Assembly: GCA_963836075.1 (NCBI GenBank)
Contig: CAWIIB010000001.1
Span: forward strand, 896,001 to 960,000
DNA length: 64,000 nt
Origin: an uncultured Acidobacteriota bacterium
GTDB lineage: Bacteria; Acidobacteriota; JAQAZP01
Direction of reading: 5' to 3'
The notes beneath the pieces are model-generated. The model was not told the DNA's origin. It ran no database searches and saw only the letters and a list, made by a program, of their open reading frames with translations. Below, in pieces: positions 1-9,042 of the stretch. Numbering within the stretch: position 1 is the stretch's first letter; every line of letters starts with the position of its first letter. The position numbers and the translations under genes were made by a program.

Positions 1-572
1 CGGGCCCGATCGGGGCCTACGACATGGTGGTGGGCGCCAGGGCGGGGTTCGACGGCGCCCTGCACCGCAACCTGGCCAACGGGATCTACAATCTCTTCGC
101 CTCTTATATCACCGGCCGGCGCATCGCCGACCTCACCTCCGGATTCAGGGCGATCAAGGCCGGTGTTGCCAGGAAATTCGCCTATCTCCTGCCCAACACC
201 TTCTCCTACCCCACCACCATCACCCTGGCCCTGATGCGTGCCGGCCGTTCGGTGAAATACCACCCGATCACGGTCAGCCGGCGGGTGGGCAGGAGCAAGA
301 TCAGGCTGTTCACCGACGGACCGCGCTTCTTCATCATCATCTTCCGCATCGCGGTGCTCTTCTCACCGCTGCGCATCTTCATCCCGGTGAGCGCCGCCGT
401 CTTTCTCACCGGGCTGCTCTACTATGCATACACCTTTTTGACCAGCCACCGGTTCACCAATTTTTCGCAGTTGATGATGGTGGCCAGCATCCTCTTCTTT
501 CTCCTCGGCCTGATCTCCGAGCAGATCGCCCTGCTCCGGTTCGACCGCAGCGATGACCAACCCGAACCCTGA
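1..572 (+). CDS. Glycosyltransferase family 2 (DPM1-like), 5'-truncated by window edge
   Basis: DMVVGAR, DLTSGFRA and R-x-x-G-x-SK motifs plus two C-terminal TM helices. Confidence 0.85.
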   Translation, partial: GPIGAYDMVVGARAGFDGALHRNLANGIYNLFASYITGRRIADLTSGFRAIKAGVARKFAYLLPNTFSYPTTITLALMRAGRSVKYHPITVSRRVGRSKIRLFTDGPRFFIIIFRIAVLFSPLRIFIPVSAAVFLTGLLYYAYTFLTSHRFTNFSQLMMVASILFFLLGLISEQIALLRFDRSDDQPEP

Positions 573-595
573 CACCTGGGGAGCAGCGGCGTCCC

Positions 596-1772
596 ATGCG
601 GATCTGTTTCTTCGGAACCTACAACATCGAGGAAGGATATCCCGCGCGTCCGGGTGCTGTTGGAGGGGCTGCGGCGGGCCGGCCACCAGGTGGACCAGTG
701 CCGCATCCCCTTCCTGGCCGACGCGGCGAGCAAGCTGCAAGGCGCGGCGAGCCCGCTGCGGTCCGTCCGTCTGGCTCTGGGCCTGGCGCTGATCCACCTG
801 CGGCTCTGCCGGCGCTTTCTGAGAATGCCCCGGCCCCAGCTGGTGCTGGTGGGCTACCCGGGTCAGCTGGATCTCTTCACCGCCCGCCTGCTGGCCACCC
901 TTCGCGGAGTCCCGCTGGTGCTGGACGCTTTTGTCTCACTCTACGACACCATGGTGGACGACCGCGGCCTGGTCCGGCCGGGGAGCCTCAAAGCGCGCCT
1001 GCTGCGCCTGATCGACCGTTCGTCCTGCCTGCTGGCTGACGCTGTTCTGCTGGACACCACCGCGCACATCGACTATTTCACCCGCCGCCTGAACCTTCCC
1101 CGGGAAAAGTTCATCCGCGTCCTCATCGGGGAGGACGACCGCGTCTTCACCGGTCACCGCAATCCGCCAGCAGCCGCGGACCGGGAACGGCTGGAGGTCC
1201 TCTACTTCGGCAGCTACATCCCGCTCCACGGCCTCTCCACCATCCTCGACGCCGCCCGCCTGCTGCAGACCGAACCGCGGGCCTCAGCGGTGCGGATCAC
1301 CGTCTGCGGCCGGGGCCAGCTCTCCCCTGAACTTCAGCGGCAGTACCCGGCCGGATCGCTGCCCGGCGTGCGGTTCATCGACCAGTGGCTCACCTACAGC
1401 CAGCTGGTTCCCGTGATCGAGGAGGCCGATGTCTGCCTCGGCATCTTCGGCACCACCGGCAAGGCCGAGCGGGTGATCCCGCTCAAGGTCTACGCCGCGC
1501 TGGCCATGGGCAAGGCCGTGGTCACCGGCGACACGCCCGGAGCCCGGGAGTTGCTGGTCCAGGGCGATACCGCACTGTTCAGCCCCCCCGGCGATGCGCC
1601 GGCCCTCCTCGCGGAACTGCTCCGCCTGGAAGCGGATCGCGGCCTGGTGCTCCGTCTGGGCCGCTCCGCGGGATCGCTTTTCCGCACCAGGCTCACCCCG
1701 GAGCGTCTGGCCGCCGGGATGGTGGAGGACCTCTCCCGCCTCGGCATTCCGGGCCGCAGCCGCGGCCGTTGA
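596..1772 (+). CDS. Glycosyltransferase family 4, apparent +1 frameshift at ~641-643
   Basis: ATG596 gives MRICFFGTY..GYP. Removing one C from tatCCCgcg joins it to RVRVLLEGLR. C-terminal PLKVYAALAMGKAVV GT-B motif. Confidence 0.8.
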
Positions 1773-1811
1773 GCCATGCCCGTGCAGTGCTCCACGAACC
1801 GCCGAATTGCA

Positions 1812-1827
1812 TGGCATGAAACCTGCA
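1812..1827 (+). promoter_or_regulatory. Putative sigma54 -24/-12 promoter
   Basis: TGGCAT-GAAAC-CTGCA, with correct GG-N10-GC spacing, 35 nt before ORF 1862. Confidence 0.55.
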
Positions 1828-1861
1828 AATTCAATGGGCCGGGGAAGCGAGGAGGAGCACA

Positions 1862-2053
1862 ATGAGGGATGAATCCGTTACACTGGACCGCGATCAGCTG
1901 AAGAAAAAAGCCGCCTATCTCACGGTGACCGGACGGTACCGGGAGAGCCTCAACATCATGATTTATTTACGAGATCGGCGCGAACGTGACAAGAATCTGC
2001 CGCTCATCCTGCCGCGGCGCCACGCTACGGATCAGAAAAGAACAAAGGTCTAG
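1862..2053 (+). CDS. Small basic hypothetical protein (63 aa)
   Basis: ATG with GAGGAG RBS; fills the gap between flanking genes; sigma54-like promoter upstream. Confidence 0.55.
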   Translation: MRDESVTLDRDQLKKKAAYLTVTGRYRESLNIMIYLRDRRERDKNLPLILPRRHATDQKRTKV

Positions 2054-2095
2054 GCCTGCCTGCCGCAGGTGAATCCTATTCCCACAAGTGGGCAA

Positions 2096-2935
2096 TCATT
2101 TTCCGCTTTGCCCCGCCTGATGCCCCCCATCCGGTTCCGGATCCGGAACGGCTGGCGGTTTTCTGGCCAGCAGCATGGTCCCGATCCCCAGCGGGATCCT
2201 GCTGAAGATCCGTTCCGTGCGAAAAGCGGCCCCCAGAATCCGTGAAACCACCGCACTGGTGCCCAGCCGGCCCACCAGGGTCGAGCGCCCGGTGCCCGAC
2301 GGCGTTTTCATCGCCCGCCTGGCCCAGGGCATGTACACCCAGCGGTGGTAGGCATGCAGGAAGGGGAAGCCCCACCAGCGAACCATTTCCACCTCGAAAC
2401 CGGCCTCTTCGAACAGCCGGTCCAGCTGGCCCTTGTCGTAGCGCCGGAAGTGGCTGGCCCACTCGTCGTTGTCGTCCCACAGCCGCTGGAAGGCGGGGAC
2501 CGTCACCAGGGCGCGGCCGCCCGGAACCAGCACGCGAAACATCTCGGCCACGGCCCGGCGGTCGTCGGGAAGGTGTTCCAGGACTTCACCACAGACCACG
2601 GCGTCCACAGAGGCGTCGCCCAGCGGCATCTCCTGGGCCGATCCGGAGATCAGAGAGAGACTGGGCTCCACCTCAGGGGGGACGACGCTGTTGAGGCGGG
2701 TGAGAAAGTCGAGGGCATAGTCAAAGGAAAAGAGCCGGAAACCGCGGGCCACCAGCCGGCAGGAGAGGCTGCCGCTGCCGCACCCGGCGTCCACCACCCT
2801 GGCCGGCGGTTTCACATGGCGGCAGAGCACGTCCACCATGAATGTTTCGCGGAAATGGTGGCGGGGTCCTCCGATGGAGCAGTCCCCCCAGCGGATGGGG
2901 TGAATCTCGCATTTCTCCCGGCTGCCGGTTTCCAT
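2096..2935 (-). CDS. Class I SAM-dependent methyltransferase
   Basis: VVDAGCGSG motif I, EVLEHL, LVPGG, HFRRY. Confidence 0.85.
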   Translation of the reverse strand: METGSREKCEIHPIRWGDCSIGGPRHHFRETFMVDVLCRHVKPPARVVDAGCGSGSLSCRLVARGFRLFSFDYALDFLTRLNSVVPPEVEPSLSLISGSAQEMPLGDASVDAVVCGEVLEHLPDDRRAVAEMFRVLVPGGRALVTVPAFQRLWDDNDEWASHFRRYDKGQLDRLFEEAGFEVEMVRWWGFPFLHAYHRWVYMPWARRAMKTPSGTGRSTLVGRLGTSAVVSRILGAAFRTERIFSRIPLGIGTMLLARKPPAVPDPEPDGGHQAGQSGK

Positions 2936-3059
2936 TCAGCTCCTCCATCGCGAAACAGGAGGCAGGATATCTCCGTGTGCCGCTGTTGTAAAGCGGCGGC
3001 TCCACTAAACAACCGGGACCCGGATCCCGTAAAGAGAACCAGGACACAGGTGTCGATTG

Positions 3060-3088
3060 TTGACACCCTGAGGACGGAAACGTATATT
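3060..3088 (+). promoter_or_regulatory. sigma70-type promoter
   Basis: TTGACA-N17-TATATT upstream of ORF 3155. Confidence 0.6.
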
Positions 3089-3154
3089 GGATCATGACTT
3101 GCAACCATTGCTGGATCGCGGATACGGAGTGGCCGGCACGGAGGCCGGCAACCG

Positions 3155-3652
3155 ATGGCCAGACCGAACCAGATTCTGTGCATCATCCTGCTGACGGTGG
3201 CGTTTTGTGCCCTTTCCCCGCCGCCGGCCTCGGCCGACGACATGGTGCTGTTCAAGAACGGCCGCACACTGCGGGCCGATGAACTCGAGCTCAATGACGG
3301 GGCGTACCGGATCACCACCATGTCCGGGGGCGTGATGGAGATTCCGGTTGAACTGGTGGAGCGGGTGATCGCCTGTGTGGTGGACAAGGATGTGGAGGAA
3401 CAGCGGGGAACCGCCCCGCCCACACCTCCTCGCGCTCCGGGAAGCACCACGGGCGACCGCTCCAAGGTGACCAAGATCCCGCCCATCGGTTCCGGAGGCG
3501 GTGCCGGAAGAGTGGGCAGGAGCCCCGTCGGCGGCGGCAAGGCCGGAGGTAGAGCCGGTGGCGCCACCCCCATTCCGCCCCGGGGCGGGAGGTCGCTCGG
3601 CAAGCCCGGCGACAAGACCATCCCGGAAAAGGGCGGCGAGGAGAAGAAGTAG
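3155..3652 (+). CDS. Exported hypothetical protein, small beta domain plus Gly/Pro/basic low-complexity tail
   Basis: Signal peptide ending ASA; DMVLFKNGRTL domain; GGAGG RBS. Confidence 0.7.
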   Translation: MARPNQILCIILLTVAFCALSPPPASADDMVLFKNGRTLRADELELNDGAYRITTMSGGVMEIPVELVERVIACVVDKDVEEQRGTAPPTPPRAPGSTTGDRSKVTKIPPIGSGGGAGRVGRSPVGGGKAGGRAGGATPIPPRGGRSLGKPGDKTIPEKGGEEKK

Positions 3653-3740
3653 GCCTGCCGGCTTCGCTCCAGTCGCGCCCGATCATGCCCCCCTCTTCGT
3701 ACTCTCCAGCGGCAATCGGTGGACGGCAAGGAGCGAATCG

Positions 3741-4757
3741 TTGACCTTCAGCGTGATCGTCCTCAACTGGAACGGCCGGGAACACCTGGCCGGGTGCCTC
3801 GACTCCCTGAAGGCCCAGACCATCGATTCCTTCGAAGTGCTGGTGGTGGACAACGGTTCCACCGACGGCTCGGCCGAATATCTCGAAGAGGAGTATGGCG
3901 GGTTCGTCCGCCTGATCCGTTCCCCGGAGAACCTCGGCTTTGCCGCGGGCAACAACCTGGCCATGAGCAAGGCGGGAGGAACGTACATCGCCCTCCTGAA
4001 CAACGACGCGGTGGCGGCTCCGGACTGGCTGGAACTGGCGGCAACGGCCCTGGAGAGCCACCAGCGGGCCGGGATGTGCGCGGTGAAGATCCTCAATTAC
4101 ACCGACCGCCGGGTGATCGACAACACCGGCCACCTGATCTACCGGGACGGCCTCAACCGCGGGCGCGGTCGTCTGGAGGAGGACCGCGGCCAGTATGACC
4201 GGGAGACCGAAGCGTTCTTCCCCAGCGGGTGCGCAGCGGTCTACCGCCGGACGATGATCGACGAGGTGGGCGGCTTCGATGAGGACTTTTTCGCCTACGG
4301 TGACGACACCGACCTGGGCCTCAAGGGCCGGTTGGCCGGCTGGACGTGTGTGTTTGAACCCCGGGCCGTGGTCTGGCACAAATACTCCGGCTCCACCGGC
4401 CACTACTCGCCGTTCAAGGCTTTTCACGTGGAGCGGAACCGGATCTGGATCGCGGTGAAATATTTCCCGCTCACTACCCTGCTGGCCAACCCGTTCTATG
4501 CCGGGGTGCGCTACACCCTGCAGGCCTGGGGCGCGCTGACCGGTAAGGGAGCCGCCGGCCGTTTTGCCCGGGAGCAGTCCCCCTGGCAGCTGGCCTGGAT
4601 ACTGCTGCGGGCCAATGCCGCGGCCCTGGCCGGCCTGCCCCGCATGCTGGCCCGGCGGCGGCAGGCCCGGAGGCTGACCCGGGTGACGGCATCCGAGATC
4701 AGGAGCTGGTTCAAGCGCTACCGCATTTCCGCCGCCGAACTGGCTCTCAAGGAGTGA
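3741..4757 (+). CDS. Glycosyltransferase family 2
   Basis: TTG start after AAGGAG; SVIVLNWNG, VDNGSTDGS, NLGFAAGNN, LLNND. Confidence 0.88.
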   Translation: MTFSVIVLNWNGREHLAGCLDSLKAQTIDSFEVLVVDNGSTDGSAEYLEEEYGGFVRLIRSPENLGFAAGNNLAMSKAGGTYIALLNNDAVAAPDWLELAATALESHQRAGMCAVKILNYTDRRVIDNTGHLIYRDGLNRGRGRLEEDRGQYDRETEAFFPSGCAAVYRRTMIDEVGGFDEDFFAYGDDTDLGLKGRLAGWTCVFEPRAVVWHKYSGSTGHYSPFKAFHVERNRIWIAVKYFPLTTLLANPFYAGVRYTLQAWGALTGKGAAGRFAREQSPWQLAWILLRANAAALAGLPRMLARRRQARRLTRVTASEIRSWFKRYRISAAELALKE

Positions 4758-5974
4758 ACACCATGCCCGGCGCCCGCACCATTCTGAGCATCGCCGGCGG
4801 CATGGGGCTCCATCCCTTCGCCATGAACAGCGGCCCGGCGGTGCACCTGCGGGATCTCCACCGGGCCTTTGCCGCTTCGGGCTACCGTTCGGAGATCCTC
4901 TGCGCCGGCACCCGCCGGCAACGGCTGGAGGACCCCTCCGGAATCGTGTTCCGCGGGGTGGGCCCTCCCCGGGGATCGATCTTTTTCGCCGGCCTGTCCG
5001 ACATCCAGGAATGGATGTACAGCCGGCGGTTCCTCGCCGAGGGCCTGCGCACGGCACGGCGGCTGGCCCCGGAGTTCATCTACGAACGGGACTCGCTGTT
5101 CAATACCGGAGGCGTGAAACTGGCGCGGCGCCTGGGACTGCCCCACCTGCTGGAAGTCAACGCCCCGCTGCGCCGGGAACGGCGGCACTACCGCCGGTTC
5201 CGCTTTGAGAGGCTGGCCGCCCGCTGCGAAGCGGAACTCTACCAGGGAACCAGCGCGGTGATCGCCGTTTCCGGCCCGATGCGCGACTACCTGCTGGAAC
5301 GGGGCGTGGCGGAGGAGAAGATCCACGTGGTGCCCAACGGGGCGGACACCGCACGCTTCCCGGCCGGAGGGGACCGGGAACAGGCGCTGCGCGACCTCGG
5401 CCTGCCCGCGGACCGGCTGCTGGTGGGCCACGTGGGCACACTGAAACCATGGCACGGAACGGACGACCTGGCGCACTGCCTGGTCAGCAGCCTGCGGCGG
5501 GACAGCCGCCTCGGGGCACTGGTGGTGGGCGACGGACCGGGGCTGCCCCTGCTGCGGGACCGGGTGGAGGCCGCTGGTCTGGCCCGCCGGTTCACCTTCA
5601 CCGGCGCGGTGGACGCCGACCGGGTGCCCGGACTGGTGACCGCCTGCCGGATCATGGTGGCCCTCTACCCCGCGGCGGGGGATGAGGCCTTCTATTTTTC
5701 ACCGCTGAAGATCATCGAGGCCATGTCCGCCGGCCGTCCGGTTGTGGCCACCCGGCTGGGGCAGATCGCCGAGGTGGTACGGGACGGCGTGGACGGGCTG
5801 CTGGTGGAGCCGGGAGACCGCGACGCTGCCACAGAGGCCGTGCTGGCCCTGGCCGGAGACCCGGATCGCTGCCGGACCATGGGCCGCGCCGCGGCGGATC
5901 GCTGCCGCGCGCAATTCAGCTGGACTTCTGTGGCCTGCCGCATTCTCGACGTGGCCGGGGAGGTCGGGTCATGA
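4754..5974 (+). CDS. Glycosyltransferase family 4
   Basis: VVPNGAD, SPLKIIEAMSAGRPVV. Confidence 0.88.
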   Translation: MNTMPGARTILSIAGGMGLHPFAMNSGPAVHLRDLHRAFAASGYRSEILCAGTRRQRLEDPSGIVFRGVGPPRGSIFFAGLSDIQEWMYSRRFLAEGLRTARRLAPEFIYERDSLFNTGGVKLARRLGLPHLLEVNAPLRRERRHYRRFRFERLAARCEAELYQGTSAVIAVSGPMRDYLLERGVAEEKIHVVPNGADTARFPAGGDREQALRDLGLPADRLLVGHVGTLKPWHGTDDLAHCLVSSLRRDSRLGALVVGDGPGLPLLRDRVEAAGLARRFTFTGAVDADRVPGLVTACRIMVALYPAAGDEAFYFSPLKIIEAMSAGRPVVATRLGQIAEVVRDGVDGLLVEPGDRDAATEAVLALAGDPDRCRTMGRAAADRCRAQFSWTSVACRILDVAGEVGS

Positions 5975-6924
5975 CTGAGACCTCCAGCGGCATCTCGCTG
6001 ATCCTGCCGGTTTTCAACGACGGTCCGGCAGCCGTCCGCTGTATTGAATCAATCGCCCGGATGGACTCCCCCGGCTGCCCGGTGGAGGTCATCGTGGTGG
6101 ACAACGGCAGCACCGACGGGACCCGTGAACAGCTGGCCCGTCATCCGGGGATCGTCCTGCTGGACGAGAAGCGCCGCGGTGCCTACGCGGCCAGAAACTG
6201 CGGGGCCGCTGCCGCCGGCGGATCAATTCTCGCCTTTACCGACAGCGACTGCGAAGTTGAACCAGGCTGGGCCCGGGCCGTGTCCGACGCCCTGGTGGAA
6301 GATGCCGTGGAGGCCGCCCAGGGGCACACCGTGGGCCGGGCCGGACAGTCGGTCTGGTCGGTCTATTGCGGACGGCAGTATGCCGAAACCCTCCACCGGA
6401 TGACCGGGAGAGAGAGCCTGGACCGGGCGGACACCCGGAACTTTGCGGTGCGGGCCCGGACGTTTCACCGCCTGGGCGGGTTTCGCACCGCGTGGCCCCA
6501 CGCCGCGGACTGGGAATTCGGTGCCAGGCTGCACCACCAGGGCTGCCGGACGGTGAGTGCCCCGGGAATGCGGGTCCGGCACCACGACCCGGAGAGCCTG
6601 GATCAGATCCTGAAGACCCGCGGACGCCAGGCCGCCTGCATGTCGTCGATGTGCGACACCATCCCCTGGTTGCGGGAAAGCGGTTACCTGGCGCCGGCCA
6701 ATCGCTGGTATCATGGCGGCCGCAGAGTGCCGCCGCTGCGATGGCTGATCAGCGCCCTGCTGGGCACGGCCGAGCGGTCCACCGCAACCTGGCTGAAACG
6801 ATTTCACTCGTCCCGCCCCGGGCCGGCGGGCTACCGGATCTACAAGATGGCCGGGGCCCTGGCCGGGGCAGGCGGGTTGTACCGGCCGGCGGCACCGGAC
6901 GGACCGGACCGCGAGGAAACATGA
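5971..6924 (+). CDS. Glycosyltransferase family 2
   Basis: VDNGSTDGT, AARN, FTDSD (DxD). Confidence 0.85.
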   Translation: MTETSSGISLILPVFNDGPAAVRCIESIARMDSPGCPVEVIVVDNGSTDGTREQLARHPGIVLLDEKRRGAYAARNCGAAAAGGSILAFTDSDCEVEPGWARAVSDALVEDAVEAAQGHTVGRAGQSVWSVYCGRQYAETLHRMTGRESLDRADTRNFAVRARTFHRLGGFRTAWPHAADWEFGARLHHQGCRTVSAPGMRVRHHDPESLDQILKTRGRQAACMSSMCDTIPWLRESGYLAPANRWYHGGRRVPPLRWLISALLGTAERSTATWLKRFHSSRPGPAGYRIYKMAGALAGAGGLYRPAAPDGPDREET

Positions 6925-7874
6925 TGCCGGAGATCCAGACAGAGACGGCGGACCGGCCCCGGGTGACCGCCCTGGTGCTCAACTGGCGACGGCCGGACGA
7001 CACCATCGGGGCCGTAACGTCACTGCTCGATTCCAGCTGGCCGGAGCTGAAGGTGCTGGTTGTGGAGAACGGATCGGGGGATGACTCGCCACAACGGCTG
7101 AAAAAGGAGCTTCCCGCCGGCGTCGGGTTGCTGGTCAATGAGAAGAACCTCGGGTTCGCCGGGGGGTGCAACATCGGGATCCGCCGGGCACTGGACCAGG
7201 GGGCCGAATTCATCTTTCTCCTCAACAGTGATGCCCGGGTGACCGAAACCACGGTGGAGGGTCTGGTGGCCGCGCTCATCGACCATCCCCATGCCGGAGC
7301 GGCCGGCCCGGCCATCCTCACCGCTGCCGAGCCCCCGGTGCTGGAATCGCTGGGCGGCACCGTCGATCTGCGCAGCGGGCGGATCCGCCACCAGGGCTTT
7401 GGCCGGCCCTGGCCGGAAGTTTCCGCGGAGAGCGAACCGCGGTACACCGACATGATCAACGGCTGCGCCTTCATGGCGCGGCGCGAGGCCGTGGAGCACA
7501 CCGGGCTGATGGATGAACGGTTCTTCTGCTACCTCGAGGAGACAGACTGGTGCCTGCGGCTGACCGCCGCCGGCTGGCCGGTGCTGCTGGTCCCCGGCCA
7601 GAGCGTCCACCATGCCGGAGGCGCATCGCTGGGCGGCACTTCGTCGGCGCTGCGGGTTTACTTCGGCGTGAGAAACCACCTGCTGCTGCTGCGGAAGAAC
7701 GCCGGTCAGGGACTGGCCGGCCGCTGGCTGAGAGGGGTCAACGTCACACTGCTCTGGCTGCTCTTCCTCCTCTTCTCCACCGGAATTGCCCGGCGGGAGG
7801 GTCTGCGAATGCTGGTCCGCGGCATCTCCGACTACCGGGGCGGCCGCTTTGGCGGAGCGGTGCTGGAAGCATGA
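6921..7874 (+). CDS. Glycosyltransferase family 2
   Basis: VLNW, NLGFAGGCN, LLNSD, YLEETDWC; ATGA overlap with upstream stop. Confidence 0.85.
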   Translation: MMPEIQTETADRPRVTALVLNWRRPDDTIGAVTSLLDSSWPELKVLVVENGSGDDSPQRLKKELPAGVGLLVNEKNLGFAGGCNIGIRRALDQGAEFIFLLNSDARVTETTVEGLVAALIDHPHAGAAGPAILTAAEPPVLESLGGTVDLRSGRIRHQGFGRPWPEVSAESEPRYTDMINGCAFMARREAVEHTGLMDERFFCYLEETDWCLRLTAAGWPVLLVPGQSVHHAGGASLGGTSSALRVYFGVRNHLLLLRKNAGQGLAGRWLRGVNVTLLWLLFLLFSTGIARREGLRMLVRGISDYRGGRFGGAVLEA

Positions 7875-8668
7875 CCCTGGACCAACCGACAGCCGAACAT
7901 CGCCGGACCCTGGTCATCATTCCGGCGCACAACGAACAGGCGCACCTCCCTGGGATCATCGCGGCGATCAGGGAATACCTGCCGGGAATCCACATCCTGG
8001 TGGTGGACGATGGCTCGAAGGACCGCACCCGGCAGGTCGCGACCGCCTCCGGCGCCATGGTGCTCAGCCTGTCGTTCAACATGGGCTACGGAGTGGCCCT
8101 GCAGACCGGATACAAGTTCGCCCTGCGCCGGGGCTATGAATTCGCGGCCCAGATGGATGCCGATGGACAGCACGAACCGCGGGATCTGTCCCCGCTCCTC
8201 GACGCGGTGCGTTCCGGAGAGGCCGACCTTGCCCTGGGGTCGAGGTTCCTCGGTCGCAAGAGTTACCGGGCGCCTCTGGCCCGCCGGGCGGGGATGCTGC
8301 TCTTCCGCCTGCTGGCGTCGCTGCTGGTCCGGCAGCACATCACCGATCCCACTTCCGGTTGCCAGGCGTTGAACCGCAAAACCATCCGCTTCTATGCCAG
8401 TGACATCTTTCCGGTGGACTACCCCGATGCCGACGTGCTGCTGATGGTCCACCGGGCCGGTCTGCGGATCAAGGAACTGCCGGTGCGGATGTATGCCGCC
8501 GACGACAAGACCTCGATGCACAGCGGCTTCCAGCCGGTCTACTATATTTTTAAAATGTTTCTGTCCATCGCCGTAACCCTGCTCCGTAAACACTCGCTGC
8601 CTGCCGCCCCCCGGGATAAAAGCGCTTCCCGGGCATCCGGCCGGCGGAAGGGGGAAATGCGATCATGA
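7871..8668 (+). CDS. Glycosyltransferase family 2, polyprenol-phosphate sugar synthase (DPM1)-like
   Basis: IIPAHNE, VDDGSKD, MDADGQH, GSRF, DPTSG. Confidence 0.88.
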   Translation: MTLDQPTAEHRRTLVIIPAHNEQAHLPGIIAAIREYLPGIHILVVDDGSKDRTRQVATASGAMVLSLSFNMGYGVALQTGYKFALRRGYEFAAQMDADGQHEPRDLSPLLDAVRSGEADLALGSRFLGRKSYRAPLARRAGMLLFRLLASLLVRQHITDPTSGCQALNRKTIRFYASDIFPVDYPDADVLLMVHRAGLRIKELPVRMYAADDKTSMHSGFQPVYYIFKMFLSIAVTLLRKHSLPAAPRDKSASRASGRRKGEMRS

Positions 8669-9042
8669 TGCCCTTACGCCAGAAGATCTTCGCTTTCATG
8701 TTGGCGGTCATCATCCTGGTGACCATCTTCGAGCTGGTACGGAAACGGAAACTGCGGGAGGAATATTCCTGGTTGTGGATCATCACCGGCTTGAGCATAC
8801 TGCTGGTGGTCTGGCGCTATGACCTGCTGGTCCGCTTCACCCATTTCATCGGCGCCTTCTGGCCAACATCCACCCTGTTCCTCCTCGGGCTGATCTTCCT
8901 GATGTTGATCAACCTCCACTATTCCGTTAAGATTTCCGGCCTGACCAACCAGGTCAAGAATCTGAGCCAGGAGATCACCCTGCTCAAGGGAGAGCTGACC
9001 GGGACTTCACACCCGCCGGAGGATCAATCAGACGATGGCTAA
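8665..9042 (+). CDS. DUF2304-like membrane protein
   Basis: Three TM segments, RKRKLREEYSWLW, C-terminal coiled coil; usual partner of DPM1-like GT2. Confidence 0.8.
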   Translation: MMPLRQKIFAFMLAVIILVTIFELVRKRKLREEYSWLWIITGLSILLVVWRYDLLVRFTHFIGAFWPTSTLFLLGLIFLMLINLHYSVKISGLTNQVKNLSQEITLLKGELTGTSHPPEDQSDDG

